A DNA stretch of 64,000 bases, taken from contig JAVZJD010000002.1 of NCBI GenBank assembly GCA_038870975.1, forward strand, positions 1-64,000, read 5' to 3'. A program made the translations under genes and the position numbers. This stretch comes from Candidatus Bathyarchaeia archaeon (GTDB taxonomy: Archaea > Thermoproteota > CALKCG01 > B24). Shown piece by piece: positions 30,979 through 40,880 of this stretch; position 1 is the stretch's first letter; each line of letters opens with the position of its first letter. The notes under the pieces were generated by a model. The model was not told the origin of the DNA and did not search any database. It saw nothing but the letters and a program-made list of their open reading frames with translations.

Positions 30979-31488
30979 TTGTATTTGGGAGAGTATATTT
31001 TGGCTGCTCTCGTTGAGCATAAGCCTGGCGTTTTACATAAGGTTTCAAACATGTTTAGGAAGAGGAATTTCAACATAGAGAGTATAACGGTTGGTGCATG
31101 TGAGGATGGAGATGTTGCTAGGATGACTATAACTGTTCAAGGTGATGAAGCTGTCGTTGAGCAGGTTGTGAAGCAGCTTCAAAAGCTTGTAGATGTTATA
31201 AAGGTTAGTAGGCTTGAGCCTAGTAAGAGCGTTGTTAGAGAGCTGGCTCTAGTTAAGGTTTACACGGCTGATTCTAAGGCTAAAAGCGACGTTGTAAACT
31301 ACGCCACCATATTCAGAGGTAGGATTGTCGACGTTTCTAAAGACTCTATGATAATCGAGGTTACAGGTTCGCCTAGTAAAATCGATGCCTTCGTTGAACT
31401 CGTGAAACCCTACGGTATTAAAGAGTTCGCTAGGACTGGCGTTGTAGCTATGTCGAGAGGACTTAAATCTTTGAAAGTAGAAGAATAG
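30979..31488 (+). CDS. ilvN: Acetolactate synthase small subunit
   Basis: HKPGVL, NIESI, RELAL, RTG. Confidence 0.95.
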   Translation: MYLGEYILAALVEHKPGVLHKVSNMFRKRNFNIESITVGACEDGDVARMTITVQGDEAVVEQVVKQLQKLVDVIKVSRLEPSKSVVRELALVKVYTADSKAKSDVVNYATIFRGRIVDVSKDSMIIEVTGSPSKIDAFVELVKPYGIKEFARTGVVAMSRGLKSLKVEE

Positions 31489-32493
31489 GTGGAGGTGTTT
31501 ACCACGGTTAAGGTCTTCCATGATGAGGATGCTTCTCTAGAGCCTCTTAAAGGTAGGACTATTGCGGTGATAGGCTATGGAAGCCAGGGTAGGAATCAGG
31601 CTTTAAACTTTAGAGACTCGGGTTTAAATGTGATCGTAGGCGTTAGACGTGATGGTAGGTCTTGGAGGCTTGCATCTGAAGACGGTTTTAAAGTCTATGA
31701 GATACCTGAAGCCTCAAGGCTCGGCGATATTGTCCATATACTGATTCCGGATACTGCTCAGCCTGAGGTTTACGCTGAACAGATCGCTCCGTATATTTCA
31801 GAGGGTAAGGCTTTAGGCTTCAGCCACGGGTTCAACATACACTTTAAACGCATCGTTCCCCCTTCAAACGTAGACGTTATAATGGTTGCTCCGAAGAGTC
31901 CGGGGCATCTTTTGAGGCGTATGTATTTGGAGGGTTTCGGAGTTCCTGCGCTTGTAGCGGTTCATCAAGACTACAGTGGGAAGGCTAGAGAAACTGTTCT
32001 AGCTATGGCTAAGGCTTTAGGCTGTACTAGGGCTGGGGTTATAGAGACTACTTTTAAGGATGAAACTGAGAGCGATTTGATAGGTGAACAGTGTGTACTA
32101 GTTGGTGGTTTAATCGAGCTTATTATGAAGGGTTTTGAAGTACTGGTGGAGCTTGGGTATCCGCCTGAGCTTGCCTACTTTGAGGCGTGTAATGAGGCTA
32201 AGCTCATAATGGACCTTATATACGAGCGGGGTATAACTGGTATGCTTCAGGCGGTTTCAGACACGGCTAAGCATGGAGGTTTAACTAGAGGACCGAGGGT
32301 TTTAGACGAGAGGGTTAAAGAGAATATGCGTAGAGTGGCTGAAGAAGTTATAAGCGGTAAGTATGCTGAAGAGTGGGTTAAAGAGGATGCTGCTGGTAGG
32401 CCGAATCTTAAGCGTCTCCTCATGGAGATTGAGCGGCATCCTCTTGAAGTCGTCGGTAGGAGTATACGTAGGATGGCTGGTATAGAAAAGTAG
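31489..32493 (+). CDS. ilvC: Ketol-acid reductoisomerase
   Basis: [31 protein letters not shown]. Confidence 0.96.
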   Translation: MEVFTTVKVFHDEDASLEPLKGRTIAVIGYGSQGRNQALNFRDSGLNVIVGVRRDGRSWRLASEDGFKVYEIPEASRLGDIVHILIPDTAQPEVYAEQIAPYISEGKALGFSHGFNIHFKRIVPPSNVDVIMVAPKSPGHLLRRMYLEGFGVPALVAVHQDYSGKARETVLAMAKALGCTRAGVIETTFKDETESDLIGEQCVLVGGLIELIMKGFEVLVELGYPPELAYFEACNEAKLIMDLIYERGITGMLQAVSDTAKHGGLTRGPRVLDERVKENMRRVAEEVISGKYAEEWVKEDAAGRPNLKRLLMEIERHPLEVVGRSIRRMAGIEK

Positions 32494-32523
32494 AAATCGT
32501 CCGGTTTTATTTTTCATTTTTAA

Positions 32524-33579
32524 ATGTCTGAGAGGCTTGCTTTAAAGGTTGATAAGCGTAGATCCAACGATTTGATTAAGCTTCTCAAGGTTATGGGGCT
32601 TTTAAATGGAGATTTTAAGGTAAAACGTGTAGAAGACTATGTACTGGTTCCGATTTTGAGGAAGCCTACTGTTGAAGAATTGGAGGTGCTCAGCCGTTTT
32701 GAGCCTGTTTTACAGGTGGGTGTTTTCGAGCCTAGGTTTAAAACGTCTAGTGTTAGAGAGGCTTTAAAGGGTTTAATCCCAGATGGTTTACTCGACTCGG
32801 TTCCATCTTCAATGGATTTGATAGGTGAGGTTGCTATTGTGCAGGTTCAAGATGAGTTGAAGCCTTTCTTAAAGGCTATTGGAGAGGCTATTCTCAAAGT
32901 CTATCCACGTATTAAAACGGTTCTAGTGAAGAGTAGCCCTATATCTGGGGTTTTCAGAGTTGGAGGCTATGAGGTTGTTGTAGGCTCTGGTGTGACTGAG
33001 ACTTTCTACAGGGAGCATGGGTGTGTATACCTTGTAGACCCTGTTAAAGTGTACGTAAGTCCAAGGTTGAGCTTTGAGCGTTTAAGGGTTGCTTCGATGG
33101 TTAAGCCCGGTGAGAACGTGTTAGACATGTTTACAGGTGTTGGATGTTATGCTATTTTAATCGCTAAGAGGGTTTTAAACTGTAAAGTCTACGCTGTTGA
33201 TTTAAACCCTTACGCTATTAAATACCTTAAGTATAATATTGAGAGGAATAGGGTTCAGGGTAGAGTTGTACCGATTGAAGGAGATGCATCTAAAGTCGTG
33301 GAGTCTGGTTTAAACGGGATGTTTGATAGGGTTATAATAGATAACCCTTCGAACGCTAGGGAGTTTCTAAGAGCTGCTTGCGATGCGCTTAAACAGACTG
33401 GTGGAGTTGTACACTACTACGAGTTCCGCCCAGAGGGTGATTTAATGGATAGGGTTTTAGAGGACTTCTACGAGAACGTTGAGAGGTTTGGAAGGTCTGT
33501 AAAGTCCTCTAACGTTAGAGTAGTTCGGGAGGTTGCTCCTAGAATATACCATGTGGTTGTAGACGCCTCTATCCAGTAG
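32524..33579 (+). CDS. Trm5/Tyw2-family tRNA methyltransferase
   Basis: DLIGEVA, SPRLSFER, DMFTGVG, DLNP. Confidence 0.85.
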   Translation: MSERLALKVDKRRSNDLIKLLKVMGLLNGDFKVKRVEDYVLVPILRKPTVEELEVLSRFEPVLQVGVFEPRFKTSSVREALKGLIPDGLLDSVPSSMDLIGEVAIVQVQDELKPFLKAIGEAILKVYPRIKTVLVKSSPISGVFRVGGYEVVVGSGVTETFYREHGCVYLVDPVKVYVSPRLSFERLRVASMVKPGENVLDMFTGVGCYAILIAKRVLNCKVYAVDLNPYAIKYLKYNIERNRVQGRVVPIEGDASKVVESGLNGMFDRVIIDNPSNAREFLRAACDALKQTGGVVHYYEFRPEGDLMDRVLEDFYENVERFGRSVKSSNVRVVREVAPRIYHVVVDASIQ

Positions 33580-33600
33580 ACCATCCAAGGCTTGGTTATT

Positions 33601-34008
33601 CTACTCTTTAAACGCTTCCAGTGTGATGTGTACAACGGTGTCTGGGCTTTTTAAAAGCCGTAGGATTTCCCTAGGTAGGTCTGAGGCTGATGAATCGGCT
33701 TTAACCATGACGGTTCTTGGGCATACGTACTGGCTCTTCCTGAAGACCATAGATTTTACGTCTGTTAGAGTCATTTCTCTAGAGCCGTATCCTCTAACAG
33801 TCCACGTGAACGGTCCAGCTTCGAGCTTTAAGGTTACGACTGTACTTCCGCTTTTTAGAAGCTGTTTGAATTCTGGGCTTAAATCGTAGGCTGCTTTCGA
33901 AGCTGAAACGGCGATTATACAGTCTCCTCTCGGCGTTACATAGGGGTCTCTGGTGATTTCAAAAGTAGTCTTATGTTTAGCTGTTATGTTTGGGTGTCCC
34001 CTAGCCAC
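33601..34008 (-). CDS. DUF371 family protein (start may be ATC 34032)
   Basis: ARGHPNITAKHKTTFEIT, GDCII, VFRKS. Confidence 0.85.
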   Translation of the reverse strand: MARGHPNITAKHKTTFEITRDPYVTPRGDCIIAVSASKAAYDLSPEFKQLLKSGSTVVTLKLEAGPFTWTVRGYGSREMTLTDVKSMVFRKSQYVCPRTVMVKADSSASDLPREILRLLKSPDTVVHITLEAFKE

Positions 34009-34033
34009 TACGTACTCCCTAGCGTTGGAGATT

Positions 34034-34758
34034 CTACCACCATCCCCTCCATCCCTTCTTACCCCTTAAAGGTACGAATGCTACACCACCCAAGTGTACT
34101 GTTTCAACAGTTTCATCGCTACGCTTGTACGCTTTAACCAATTCTTGGAATCCACCTGGCGGTCCAATGGGTGCGACTATGAGACCGCCTACTTTAACCT
34201 GTTCGATTAGAGTGTCTGGGATCTCTGGGGCTGCGGCTGTAACGAGGATGCGGTCGTATGGTGCTTTTTCAGGATAGCCTAGAGAGCCGTCTCCATGTAT
34301 GACTGTGACTCTATCTGAGTATCCGCTTTTACGTACGTTTTCCTCAGCCATTCTGTAAAGCTCGAAGATTATTTCAACCGTCCAGACGTGTCCCCACTTC
34401 TCCCTAGGTTCATCAGACGGTGCGACTACTTCAGCTATTGTACAAGCGTGGTATCCTGAGCCGGCTCCAACCTCTAGAACTTTTAAACCCACTTCGAGTT
34501 CAAGCGCTTCATTCATTATACAGACCATGTTTCACCCCTCTAGCCTTCTGGCTAGAAGTGTGGTGCGGATATGGTTTGACCGTAGCCTATCGGTAGTGGT
34601 GTGTCGACGTAGGCGTATGGCTTTAAATATTCCGGTAGAAAGTTCTCCCTTGGGACTCTTCTAAACGCCTCTATGACTTTCTCCGTCTTGAGGATGCCTT
34701 CTCTAACGTAGATGTCTATCAACTTCTCCTTCTCTCTTTTAAAATCCTCAGAGGACAT
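34034..34758 (-). CDS. pcm: Protein-L-isoaspartate O-methyltransferase, split into exons 34758-34560 and 34530-34034 (231 aa when joined)
   Basis: Exon 1 ends [24 protein letters not shown]; exon 2 continues [36 protein letters not shown]. Confidence 0.93.
34531..34559 (-). other. Putative 29-nt bulge-helix-bulge mRNA intron in pcm
   Basis: G-CACC-ACA-CTTCTAGCC-AGAA-GGCTAGAGG-GGTG-AAA-C; cutting after the second nt of each bulge restores frame and motif. Confidence 0.88.
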
Positions 34759-34790
34759 GTTTCCACTATTTAAATGGTTTACGTTTACTG

Positions 34791-36155
34791 TTAAACGTTT
34801 CCCATGCCTAACATCTTGTACTCTTGCACCAGCTTCCTAGCCTTCTCCAGCCACGTTGGGAATTCCTCCGGGTTCTCTGGGAAATTCTGGTAGTGTGTTT
34901 TAACTGTTTTCATGAGTTCAGATGTTTTTCTAAGCCTTATGACGAAGTTGAGCTTTCCTACTGAGCGTAGAAACCTAAGGGCTTTATCTGTGATTGTGAG
35001 TTTAACTTCACCGTATAGGCTGGCTTTTAAAACGTCTTCTTCAGCTATCAGCCTCCGGCTCATACCGTAGTTCAACTCTTCATCCGAAGCATTCTGGAGG
35101 AATACTCTGAAGACGTCTAGAGATGCCTGTTTAGAGCCGTATCCCCTCATGTATGCTACGTTGTAGCTCCAAAGACCCCTGTAGCTTACATCTCCCTTCT
35201 CTAAAGCCTTCGCGGCGGTTTCACCTGCGAGTTTTCCAGCTGTCATAGATGGTCCTATTCCACCTCCGTGGATCGGGTTTACTTGGCAGGCTGCATCACC
35301 TACCACTATTAAGCCGTTTGAAACCATGTTGTCTAGAGGTCTTCTCGTTGGGACGAAGGCTCCTCTTCCGTCTAAAACCTCAGCCTTTTTAAGCCATGGA
35401 AGCTTATCCTCTATGAACCTTGTGAAGTAGCTTTTAATCTCCATTTTGGCTTTTGAAGCTTGAACACCCAGCCCTATGTTGACCTTGTTTAAACCCTTCG
35501 GGAATAGCCAGAAGTATCCCCCTGGAGCGTACTCTTGGCTTAGGTATATGTAGCCGAACGTTCTATCTTCAATTTCGCCTTCTAAGGTTCTAACCTCTCT
35601 GTAGGCTATTTCAAGCTCTTCTCTTTCCACTGTTTTTTCAAAGCCAGGCGTATCTGGGGCTTTACTCCTGAGGACTGCGGATACACCTGAGGCGTCTATG
35701 AAAACCCTCCCCCTTAAAACTCCGCTTGAATTACGGCCTCTGACTTTAACGGCGACTATGTAGTTGTTTTCAACTACAGGTTCTAAAACGGTGGTTCTAT
35801 CCATAAGCTCTACGCCTGCGTTTAAAGCCTCTTTGAGAAGCCTCCCTCCGAATTCGCGTCTATCGACCATGAAGGCTTTAGCCCCTAGACCGTATATTCG
35901 GAATGAGGTTTCAAAGTCTGGTGAAACTACTTTAACGCCTTCAAGCTCCCAGCAGAGTTCGGAGCCTGTGGGGTATTTTAAGCCTATGTTGTCGAAGTGG
36001 TGTTTACCGACTGCGTCTCCACAGGCTTTAAGTCCTACGTTTTCAGATGGCTTAGACTCTAAGAGGCATACTCTTAAGCCTTTCTCAGCGGCTGTCTTTG
36101 CGGCTAGACATCCTCCTGTTCCAGCACCTACGACTACAACATCGTAGAGCTCCAT
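34791..36155 (-). CDS. Geranylgeranyl reductase family flavoprotein
   Basis: [33 protein letters not shown]. Confidence 0.9.
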   Translation of the reverse strand: MELYDVVVVGAGTGGCLAAKTAAEKGLRVCLLESKPSENVGLKACGDAVGKHHFDNIGLKYPTGSELCWELEGVKVVSPDFETSFRIYGLGAKAFMVDRREFGGRLLKEALNAGVELMDRTTVLEPVVENNYIVAVKVRGRNSSGVLRGRVFIDASGVSAVLRSKAPDTPGFEKTVEREELEIAYREVRTLEGEIEDRTFGYIYLSQEYAPGGYFWLFPKGLNKVNIGLGVQASKAKMEIKSYFTRFIEDKLPWLKKAEVLDGRGAFVPTRRPLDNMVSNGLIVVGDAACQVNPIHGGGIGPSMTAGKLAGETAAKALEKGDVSYRGLWSYNVAYMRGYGSKQASLDVFRVFLQNASDEELNYGMSRRLIAEEDVLKASLYGEVKLTITDKALRFLRSVGKLNFVIRLRKTSELMKTVKTHYQNFPENPEEFPTWLEKARKLVQEYKMLGMGNV

Positions 36156-36171
36156 GTCTCTATATTATGCC

Positions 36172-36660
36172 TCATCTGGGAGATTTATGTTTTCTCAGTA
36201 GTCTACCGTCTTCGTCTATTTCACCTAGTTTCACTCTTGTGGAGGATATGGGTTTTCCATCTTCGGCTAAAACCATTGGAATCTTCACTATTTCAATGGT
36301 TTTCAAGCCCCGTGCTTCTCTAAGCCTGTTTATTTCCAAGGCTCTACTGTAGGTTTCATCGCTGACTACTATGGCTTCTACAGCCGGGTTGTATGCTGCT
36401 GGACCGTAGGGGTCTTCTATGGCTGTTATAATAGCTCTATCTTCCACTCGCATGTCTTCCAACAGCTTCTTAAGGCTTTCCAGTCTTTCAACGTAGGGTT
36501 TGACTTCATGGGCTTTCCCCATGCTTCTGGCAAATTTGTCTGTCGTAAGCCCTATGAGGACGTTATCTCCGAGGTTGAAAGCCGTAATTAGAAGCTCTCT
36601 ATGCCCCTTATGGATGGTGTCGAATGTACCTCCTAATGCGACGAGTCTGAATCTGCGCAT
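36172..36660 (-). CDS. coaD: Phosphopantetheine adenylyltransferase
   Basis: GGTFDTIHKGH, DPYGP, VSDET, ISSTRV. Confidence 0.92.
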   Translation of the reverse strand: MRRFRLVALGGTFDTIHKGHRELLITAFNLGDNVLIGLTTDKFARSMGKAHEVKPYVERLESLKKLLEDMRVEDRAIITAIEDPYGPAAYNPAVEAIVVSDETYSRALEINRLREARGLKTIEIVKIPMVLAEDGKPISSTRVKLGEIDEDGRLLRKHKSPR

Positions 36661-36693
36661 AGCTTCATGTAGTGTTTAAGAGAGTTTAAATAG

Positions 36694-37944
36694 TTAAGTA
36701 GTACTATTCGATGTAGTGGATTTTTCCAACCCTCTATGAGCCTGCATCAGTATTGCTAGTGCTACTGCTTGAGTTGAAACGGCGAATATCAGCGTTAAGA
36801 CTGGTTGTACGTTGAAGTCTATCATTAAGCCGTAGATGGCTCCGCTTGCTAGGAAGCCTACGCCGTAGGCTGCGTTGAAGATTCCATATGCCAATCCTCT
36901 TGAAGAGGTTTCTGTAAACGCTGAGACTGCTGCTCTGTATGTGGATTCTTGTACGCCTAAGACTACTCCGAAGAATATCGATGCGATTATTAGGGTTGTT
37001 AAGCCTGAGTTTAGCATCGTGAATACTGGTGGGAGTATTGAGAGTATGAAGGGTAGGGCTAGGATTTTAATGCCCAGTCTATCGTATAGGTATCCTGAGG
37101 TTAGGGCTGCTGGAGCGTCAATCCCCTGGATTAGAAGGTATATTAGTGGAACTATCCACTGCTGTTGCTCCGGCTGTAGTATGGCTGAGGCTTTGTACAG
37201 TATTAGCGATGCGGGGATTAAACCTACGGTGTTTAAAGTAACTGCTAGTGTGTAAACGTAGAATGGTTTTCTAAGGGCTTTATCGGCTTTTTTAACGTCT
37301 ACTGTAGGCTCCAGTACTGTTTTAGAGCCTATTCTCAAGTATGTGTATGTTAATGCTGCTATGAGTATTGTGAACGGTATTGTCAGTATGCTGAAGCTCA
37401 ACCTGTAGTTGTTTCCACTGTAGAGCATTAGCGTTGCCACTAGTAGTGGTCCTGCAACTGCTCCTACTTGGTCTAGGAATTCATGTATTCCGAATGCTTT
37501 ACCTGCCCCCATTCCTCTACTCACTATGGATATGATCGTGTCTCTAGAGGGTGATCTACAGGCTTTCCCAAGTCTTTCAAGCAGTACTAGGATTGCCGCT
37601 ATTTCCCATCCGTTTGCGAGGCCTAGAAGCGGTATGGAGGCTATAAGCCCATAGCCTATGAACATGAAGACCCAGTATGCTCTAGTGGTGTCCGCTAGGA
37701 AGCCGCTGATGAGTCTTGTAGCGTATCCTAGGAATTCTCCGAGTCCGCTGACGAGTCCTACGACGAATGCTGTAGCGCCTAGAAACTTCAGGAAGTCGGG
37801 TATTAGTCCTCTTGAGCCTTCGTATACTATGTCGCCCATTAGGCTTACTACTCCAAGGAGTAGGATGCTTACGTAGACGCTTCTCAATTCTATGGTGTGT
37901 TTCACGTTAGACCGCCAGTTTAAGCTAAGTATCGCATACTCCAA
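36694..37944 (-). CDS. MFS transporter
   Basis: About 12 hydrophobic segments; DIVYEG, ERLGKACRSP.RD, DQVGAVAGP. Confidence 0.9.
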   Translation of the reverse strand: MEYAILSLNWRSNVKHTIELRSVYVSILLLGVVSLMGDIVYEGSRGLIPDFLKFLGATAFVVGLVSGLGEFLGYATRLISGFLADTTRAYWVFMFIGYGLIASIPLLGLANGWEIAAILVLLERLGKACRSPSRDTIISIVSRGMGAGKAFGIHEFLDQVGAVAGPLLVATLMLYSGNNYRLSFSILTIPFTILIAALTYTYLRIGSKTVLEPTVDVKKADKALRKPFYVYTLAVTLNTVGLIPASLILYKASAILQPEQQQWIVPLIYLLIQGIDAPAALTSGYLYDRLGIKILALPFILSILPPVFTMLNSGLTTLIIASIFFGVVLGVQESTYRAAVSAFTETSSRGLAYGIFNAAYGVGFLASGAIYGLMIDFNVQPVLTLIFAVSTQAVALAILMQAHRGLEKSTTSNSTT

Positions 37945-38095
37945 CCATTAAAGTTTACTATTAAAGTTTAAACCTATTCTACGATATTTAGGGTTTGCCC
38001 TCTACTCTAATCGGTGGAAATACCTAGTCGACATCGCCTCCTTTATAACTTTAGGGTAAATATATAGGTGTAATTCAAATAGAAGGTGATAGTTC

Positions 38096-39779
38096 TTGTC
38101 CAAGAAAATAATACAACGCATGAGAACTTTCTCTTCCATATTCAGGAGATCAACACCAGAAGTAGTGAAAAAACAAGTTAAACTACCCTACACATTCAGA
38201 CCGATACTACCAGAGTATAAAATATATCGAAACATACTGGATTAAAGAACCCCTCTCAAAAATAACCATAGCCTCAATGCCCGAGCTCGGCGGAGCATAC
38301 GGATACTTCATATCCGAAGTAGAACTTCTAGAAGAAGAGAGAAAAGTCACCGATAAACTCATAGACATGCTTTCATCAGAGCTAAAACCGCCAACGGTTG
38401 AAGAAGTAGACCTTAGAAAGCACGTACTAGCCGAAGCCGAAAGAATCATAGGCAAATACCGTTCAATGCTATCAGTAGCTAAAGAAAGCAAAGAAAAAGT
38501 ACTCTACTACGTCGAAAGAGACCTATTAGGCTTCGGACCGATACACGCAATGGTTTTAGACCCTAGGATTGAAGACATATCATGCGAAGGCGTAGGAGGA
38601 CCCGTATACGTATGGCATAGAGACTACGAAGGACTCCCCTCAAACCTAGTATTCTTAGACGCTAAATTCCTAGACGACCTAATAGTTAAACTCGCACACA
38701 TAGGCGGTAAACACGTTTCAACGGCATTCCCAATAGTCGACACCATGATATACGGTAAACACAGATTCGTAGCAACCTTCAAACGAGAAGTCACACCTAA
38801 AGGCTCTACATTCACGATAAGAAAATTCAGAGAAAAACCCCTATCGATAACCGAACTCGTAAAATCCCACACCGTAACCGCAAGAATAGCCGCATACTTC
38901 TGGCTCCTCCTCGAAAACAGAATGTCGATAATCATCATAGGGGGAACAGGAGCAGACAAAACAACACTTCTAAACGGACTAGCAAGCCTAATAAACCCAG
39001 CGATGAAAATATGCACAGTAGAAGAAATAGCAGAGTTAAACCTATCACATGAAAACTGGGTTCAATTCGTAAGCCGTGAAAGCTACGGCATCGGAGGCGC
39101 TGCTTCAAGCGCCATACCGCTATTCAGCCTTGTAAAGACAACACTCAGATACAGACCAGACTACATAGTCGTCGGTGAAGTAAGAGGAGAGGAAGCCTTC
39201 GTACTATTCCAAGCCTTAGCAACAGGACACGGCGGAATGTGCACACTACACGCTGAAGACGTAGACTATGCGATTAAAAAGCTTACAAGCCCACCTATGA
39301 ACGTAGCCGAAGTATACATACCTCTTATGAACGTAGTCGTAGAAGTCGAAAGAGTACATCTACCAAAGCCTGTAAGCGGAGCTACATTCGGAAGAAGAGT
39401 TAGAGAAGTATCCGAAATCATAAGCCACAAGGAGTTTCTAAAAGTCTTCTCATGGAACCCAATAACAGACGAATTCTCATCGAGGCTTGAGGAAAGCATA
39501 CTACTGAGGAAAATAGCCCTTAAAACAGGTAAAGACTTCCAAGACCTACTCGACGAAATAGACAAGAGAGAAGTAATAATCAGATGGATGGTTGAAAAGG
39601 GAATATTCCAAAACGAAGACGTAGCCAAAGTAATATCGCAATACTACATATCGCCAGATGCAATCTACAACGTAGCATCCATGGAGCTAGCAGTACCGAT
39701 AAAAATCAAACTACCTGCACTCGTGCAAATGGGTGAAAACCCATCAACGGAGAAGGAGGAAAGTCAAACCCCATCATAA
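38096..39779 (+). pseudogene. Type II/IV secretion (ArlI/VirB11-like) ATPase with 5' frameshift and altered Walker A
   Basis: IEDISC, TIRKF, LRYRPDYIVVGEVRG, TGH, TLHA; GGTGADKTT; SD-led TTG at 38096 is out of frame with ORF 38277-39779. Confidence 0.7.
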
Positions 39780-39839
39780 CCCCCTCTTTTAAGAAAAACT
39801 TATCTCAAACAGTTAAACCCATTATATCATGATTGGAAA

Positions 39840-40757
39840 TTGTCAAGTACTAAACTGAAGGAAGAATTCCTAAAACTCCTAGAAACAGATAGAGAATTCA
39901 GATACCTCGTCATAAGCCATCTAGGACTAATAGAGCTAATAGAAGGGCAGAGGAAAATACTCGAAGAACTTAAAATCCTACACGAAAACCAGGAGAAACT
40001 ATGGGAGAATGCAAACAAGCTATGGGAAGAAGTTAAAAGCCTCAGAGAGGGGCAAGAGAAACTATGGATGGAGGTTAGACTTCTCAGAGAAGAACAGGAG
40101 AAGCTTTGGCAGGAGGTTAAGAACCTCAGAGAGGGACAGAACAAGCTTTGGGAAGAGGTTAAAAGTTTAAGGAAGGGCCAGGAAAAACTGTGGGAGAATC
40201 AGAACAAGCTATGGGAGGAAGTTAAAAGCCTTAGAGAGGGACAAGCGAAGTTGTGGGAGAATGCAAACAGACTATGGGAGGAAGTAAAACACCTCAGAGA
40301 AGGGCAGAACCGGCTATGGGAAAACCAGAACAGGCTCTGGAAAAGCCAGGAAAGAATGAGAGATGAGTTTAGATCTTGGACTATACAAGGATTCGGTGAA
40401 CTAGCAAAGTTTGCAGGGGTATCATTTAAAGAATTCGTTAGAAGCTTCCTAACTAAACACCTCAGAGAAATGGGCTTAATACCAGCAGATGGAGAATTGA
40501 AGAAAATAGTCATAGATGGGGAAGAGATAAACATCTTCTTTGAAAACCCACTTATAATTGGAGAAGTAACATCTAGCGTTGAAAGTATTGAAGAATTGGA
40601 AAAACTATTGAAGAGGGCGGAGCTTGCAAGGGAAAAGTACGGAAGAGAACCTATGAAATACCTAATCGCATTAACAGCCTCAGCCTCAATAGCCGATGAA
40701 ATTAAAGTGCGAGCTAAAATAAACAACGTAGAGCTAATCCTCGGAAAAATAAGTTGA
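39840..40757 (+). CDS. Coiled-coil repeat protein with degenerate PD-(D/E)XK-like C-terminus (DUF3782/PaREP-like)
   Basis: EFLKLLETDREFRYLV N-terminus, heptad array, EIN...GEVT. Confidence 0.75.
   Translation: MSSTKLKEEFLKLLETDREFRYLVISHLGLIELIEGQRKILEELKILHENQEKLWENANKLWEEVKSLREGQEKLWMEVRLLREEQEKLWQEVKNLREGQNKLWEEVKSLRKGQEKLWENQNKLWEEVKSLREGQAKLWENANRLWEEVKHLREGQNRLWENQNRLWKSQERMRDEFRSWTIQGFGELAKFAGVSFKEFVRSFLTKHLREMGLIPADGELKKIVIDGEEINIFFENPLIIGEVTSSVESIEELEKLLKRAELAREKYGREPMKYLIALTASASIADEIKVRAKINNVELILGKIS
39984..40340 (+). repeat. 17 tandem 21-bp coding heptads (ExQxKLW / EEVKSLR)
   Basis: Counted directly in the translation. Confidence 0.9.
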
Positions 40758-40880
40758 AATACAACACCTTGAAATAGAACAATAAAACATTCAACGTTTT
40801 AACCCATTTCTCACAGCGTATAGAGAGAAGAGTTAAATACTGCTACATTGTAAAGCGGACTTTAAAGGTGTCTTTCCCCC

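Noticed and set aside
34531-34559. pcm break as a simple frameshift, pseudogene or terminator
   Set aside because: The insert forms a complete BHB and canonical cleavage restores the exact conserved sequence; both halves are otherwise intact.
37945-38095. ORB or dif site at the composition flip
   Set aside because: Only a weak GGTGGAAA match, no repeated ORBs, no cdc6/orc1 or xer gene, no clear dif dyad.
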